Assembly: GCA_000165345.1 (NCBI GenBank)
Contig: CM000432.1
Coordinates: 960,001 to 1,024,000 of the forward strand
Reading direction: 5' to 3'
DNA: 64,000 nt
Shown one piece after another: positions 59,863 through 64,000 of the stretch. The notes under the pieces were generated by a model that made no database searches, was not told the DNA's origin, and saw only the letters and a program-made list of their open reading frames with translations. The stretch's first letter is position 1. Each line of letters begins with the position of its first letter. A program made the translations under genes and the position numbers.

Positions 59863-60900
59863 AATGGAAGAATCTAAAGTAAGCTTTTTTTCTCTCTCTT
59901 TTCAATGCATTAAAAAAAAATATTATTATTTTCTTTGTTAAATTTAGGTATATCTAGTATCAGGTAAGTGGGGAAAGGGAAAAGGGAAAAGATAATAATA
60001 TCAAATATGAAAATTGAAACAAACTTTATAATTATTTATATATAGGAAATAAAAAAAAGGCTGAAGAATTTTTGAAAATTTTAGATGGAAAGTTAGATAT
60101 TGAATTGGTTGATATTGATTGTAAGTATTGTAAAATATATACATTTTAATAATCTAATAATTAAATATTGTTTATATAATAATTTTATTGATGAACTATA
60201 TATAAAGTACCTGAATTTCAAGGATCTCCTGAAGAAATTACCCTTCATAAATGTAAATCAGCTTATGAGAAAATTAAAAAGCCAGTTTTTGTTGAAGATA
60301 CTTCACTTTGTTTCAATGCATATAATGGACTTCCTGGACCATACGTGTAAGTTATTCAAAATATATTTATCCATTTTTTTTTTTTTTAACTTTAATCATT
60401 GATTATTAATCCAATAGGAAATGGTTTCTCAAATCTGTTGGAGCTCAAGGATTATACAATATGCTTGAAGCATATCAAGATAAATCTGCATATGCTATGA
60501 CTTTAATAGGATATTATGATGAAACAAAAATGTCTGATCCAATAATTTTTAAAGGAAAGATTGATGGTGAAATTGTTAAACCAAGAGGTGAAAAAGGTTT
60601 CAGTTGGGATCCTATTTTCAAACCTAATGGTCATTCTTTGTAAGTTTAAAAGTTTCCTATTATTAATATTATAAACTTGTAACTAATAATAATTTATTTA
60701 TAACTAGAGCATTCTCTGAAATGGATATGGATGTTAAGAACCAAATTTCTCATCGATATTTGTGTTTATTAAAAGTTTTAGTAAGTTTTTTCATCATATT
60801 ATATACTTTATATATTATTACATTCCATTTTTACTACATCTATATTTATCTTTTTCTTCTTCATAATATTAATTAGGAGTATTTTGAAAACCTAAAATAA
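59863..60900 (+). CDS. inosine triphosphate pyrophosphatase (ITPA/HAM1), 7 exons: 59863-59877, 59947-59962, 60046-60120, 60208-60346, 60418-60639, 60708-60780, 60877-60900
   Basis: spliced product [115 protein letters not shown]...[52 protein letters not shown] is colinear with human ITPA (KIVFVTGNAKKLEEV..., [85 protein letters not shown]); every intron is GTAAGT/GTAAGC...(T/A)AG, 68-96 nt, all phases consistent. Confidence 0.7.
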
Positions 60901-61174
60901 ATTAATAATTTATCTAAACTCATTAATATTCTATTTGTTACGTGTAAAATATTCATATTAATCATAAATATTTCTATTTCACTATTAGGTCAATTTACAT
61001 TTCACATTAATTTTTTTAAATCAATCAATTATATCATATCTATATTAGATTAAACTTGATCATATTCTATAAATTCAAAATTGAAAACAATATTAATTAA
61101 CTCAATATTAATTATCTTCAATCCTATTATTTTATAATTTAGGTACTATTAATAATTACTCACACAAATGTGGT

Positions 61175-61188
61175 TTGGCGCCAAACCG
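61175..61188. promoter_or_regulatory. TTTGGCGCCAAACC perfect palindromic site ~325 bp upstream of the carboxypeptidase ATG
   Basis: 12-bp palindrome TTGGCGCCAA, identical core to 16957 and 59167. Confidence 0.4.
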
Positions 61189-61510
61189 AAAAATAAATTA
61201 GTTACATGAATAAAAAAAAAAATTAGTAAATAAGAGATAAGTATTATTCAATTAAATTGAATGATTTAAGAGATATTCTAATTTGAATCTTCTTAATAGA
61301 AGATTTTTGTATATTTGCAACCATCTTCATTATTAAGGAAATATACACAAATAATTTTACCATTATATTTATCAATTTAAAACTATTGATACTGCAACTA
61401 TCAAATTTAATCAAATTTTCTAAATAAAAATATTCTTTATGAATTTATGTTGTTATATATACAATATATACATAAATATATGCATTTAACATATAAATAT
61501 ATTATTTAAA

Positions 61511-63505
61511 ATGACAATAAAAGTATATTTACATTTGCTAATACTAGCATTATTTATATATAATGGTCTTGTATATGGATTTGAAATGGGAAACATTGGG
61601 TCATATATAAGATCCCTAATAGGATTTAATAAAAAAAATGATTCATTCAATGAACAATCAATGTTCAAGTATAAAAGTTATATACAACATTTAAATCTAC
61701 TACAAGAATTAGAAACTAAATGTTCAAATATTATGAAAATCTACAAATATAACAGTGAAAAAGGACTATATTGNTGGTGAATCAAAATGTCAGTATTTAC
61801 ATATTAAGCTTGGAATATCAAATATTAATTATGATGTACCAAATATATTATTCATCTCTGGAATACATGGAGATGAAAAATTAGGTGTAGAAATTGCTAC
61901 TGAATTTATAAGCTCTATTTGTGATCAATATATTAATCATAATAATATTGGAATCAAGTATCTTTTAAGTACTAGAAATATATGGATTATTCCTATTGCT
62001 AATCCTTGGGGTTTTTATCATAATAAAAGAACTGAAGAAGAAATTGATGTTAATAGAGATTTTCCTTCAAAAAGTGGANAAAATTGTCTTAAAAGTGAAA
62101 GTTCTAAAATGATCTATAATTTGTTTAATCTTAAATCATTTGTATTTGTTGCAGCTTTACATGGTGGATTAAAAAGTATTTCTTATGGAAATGGCTATTT
62201 TGATGATATTGATGAAAATAACAAAANCTTTGAATNTATCGCTAAAGATTTACAAGCTTCAGCTGGTAAAATATTAAATAATAATGATATTCATAAATTA
62301 AATTACTTTTATGATCAAATTGGTAATATTGCAAAAACTGTATATCCAATAAAAGGAGGATTTGAAGATTGGTCTTTATATGGTTATAATGTAAGTCATA
62401 TATTATGTAGTGACTATATTCAAAAATCTCATTCTGCAAATAAAGGTGGATCTTTAACTTTTCTTATAGAAACTGATCATCAAAAAACTCCTAATCAAGA
62501 TACTTTAGGATCTAAATCTGATCTATTTAGCCTTATTGATCTTGATAAACTTTCTATACAACCATCTCATATTACCAGAAATATTAGAATGTTACTTAAA
62601 CTTACTGAATATACTTATCCAGATATTATTTTTTTTAATAAACCACCAAGTACCGTTTATTTTGGTCAAACTTTTATATTATATATAGCTATTATTGGCT
62701 GCTATTCTTTCAGTAATTTAAGGATTAAACTTGAAAATAATAACAATAATAATANTAATAATAATAATNATATTAATCATTATTNTAATACTANCTTAAA
62801 TTCTGAACAACAACCTATTTATCTTAATTTTTATGTTAATGAAGGATTAGATGGTCTACAAAATACTATTTATTATAAAAGATGTTCTTCTTTATTTCTA
62901 AATAATCAAGAAATCCAAGATATCCTTGATAATGANTCTTTNTATACATNTNAAGATAAATGTAATGAATCTAACTTACTTACAANAATTGTTAACCGAA
63001 GTTTTAGAGTTAAAAATAAATGTAAATCTATATATCAATTTAATAAATTTNAGCCTATANAAATTTTGNTAAGGTACCGAATGAGACAACAATTCTTAAT
63101 ACTATGAATGGTGAAATTGAAAATTTTCTATTAAANATTGAATTAGAATTTGATACTGAACTTACTCANACTATTTCATATTCTAATAAAAATATATTTG
63201 NAAAATTTACAANACTTAGATNTTCTCAAAATGGAAATAAAATTGATAGACCTATTATTATTCCGATTCAAAAAGATAATATATTATCAAAAAATATACA
63301 GAATTCTGAAATTCAAACACAATTCTATTCAAATTCATATGATCCATCAAAATCATTATTATTCTCTGGATTTCAAATTAAAGTTATTAAGCCTCAAGAA
63401 ATATTACAAATAGAATTCTCTACTTGTTCTGAATCTTCTATACAAAATATTGGTAAATGGTCTAAATCATGTCAAACTTTTCTTGACTTTACTAAAAAAA
63501 CTTAA
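61511..63505 (+). CDS. secreted M14-family zinc carboxypeptidase (CPD/CPE-like subfamily); reading frame broken twice by n-ambiguities/frameshifts (near 61775 and 63104)
   Basis: signal peptide MTIKVYLHLLILALFIYNGLVYG; zinc-ligand and catalytic blocks ISGIHGDEKLGVE (HxxE), IWIIPIANPWGF, VNRDFP, FVAALHGG match the M14B order; the three track ORFs 61511-61780, 61755-63107 and 63104-63505 abut or overlap at n-containing positions. Confidence 0.5.
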
Positions 63506-63591
63506 ATATACAAAATTATATAAATAATGGCTCTAATCCACTTTCTAATATTTTTCAATATCTTGAATCAAATAGAATTCCTAATTCTATG

Positions 63592-64000
63592 AATTATCAA
63601 GTATTTCAAGATAATATTAAATATATTCAAAAAAATGTAAATCATGAATTAGAAGGTAACTTATATATTATACCAAGTGAACCAAGAACTTCTTCAATCA
63701 TTACAAAAAGTAACATGAATCATAATAATAATAATAATAATATTGAAATAATTAAACCAATTCCTTCACTATTAGAAAATGAAACTACAATTTCTACAAC
63801 TTTACCATTCTTTAATAATATTACTTTAGAACTTACTATTACTGTTAGTAATGAACCTAAAAATAATGGTGAATATGTAATATTAAAATTTGCAGAATTC
63901 TTAAATCTTTTAAATTATAATATATCTAAATATCATAATATAGAGAAAATATTGGATAATAATAATAAAGATTTAAATTATGTTGGAATAATTTCCATTA
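63592..64000 (+). CDS. partial ORF open to the window end (Asn-rich; first ATG at ~63592); either a downstream carboxypeptidase exon/domain or a separate gene
   Basis: stop-free frame from ~63529 to 64000 (...NSMNYQVFQDNIKYIQKNVNHELEGNLYIIPSEPRTSS...); no domain recognised. Confidence 0.25.

Overview
This window is eukaryotic nuclear DNA that is very AT-rich. By eye, coding regions are about 30-35% GC and intergenic spacers about 10-15% GC, with long poly(A)/poly(T) runs and (TA)n tracts. It comes from a draft assembly: there is a 100-nt N gap at 4043-4142 and scattered n's at ~4259-4400, ~16856, 52645-52693 and 61774-63240.

The standard genetic code is used. Uninterrupted 800-1445-aa ORFs and a complete ribosomal protein S2 rule out a TAA/TAG=Gln ciliate code. 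There are no prokaryotic features (no operons, CRISPR arrays, rRNA or tRNA).

I can support about 25 protein-coding genes on both strands, roughly one per 2.5 kb. Long genes (3-4 kb) are intronless. Several small housekeeping genes carry short spliceosomal introns of 46-165 nt with GTAAGT or GTATGT donors and (T/A/C)AG acceptors. The ORF track missed four cases that I rebuilt by hand: a 7-exon ITPase (HAM1) gene, a 5-prime micro-exon in ribosomal protein S2, a 3-exon p47/Shp1-like SEP-UBX gene, and a 5-prime exon of coatomer epsilon.

Recognisable products are DNA polymerase eta (N-terminal part, truncated at the gap), exosome Rrp41, PP1 regulator Ypi1/PPP1R11, proteasome Rpn2, Vps11, a GNAT acetyltransferase, 40S S2, nucleolar GTPase GNL3/Nug1, an MFS transporter, a B-box/RasGAP-like protein, Rab GDI, a SEC14-GOLD protein, coatomer epsilon, an RMD1/DUF155 protein, a type-I metacaspase, maspardin, a large Sel1-repeat membrane protein and an M14 carboxypeptidase.

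The most striking non-coding signal is a GC-rich motif vocabulary sitting as tiny GC islands in nearly every intergenic spacer. It comprises a palindromic TTGGCGCCAA site (resembling E2F/DP TTTSGCGCSAAA sites), CCCGCC, TGCATGCA, CACGTG and GA-rich tracts.

I cannot assign the taxon from sequence alone. Gene density and introns fit an AT-rich protist (amoebozoan- or apicomplexan-like). The motif set resembles the over-represented upstream motifs reported for Cryptosporidium, but that is only a suggestion.
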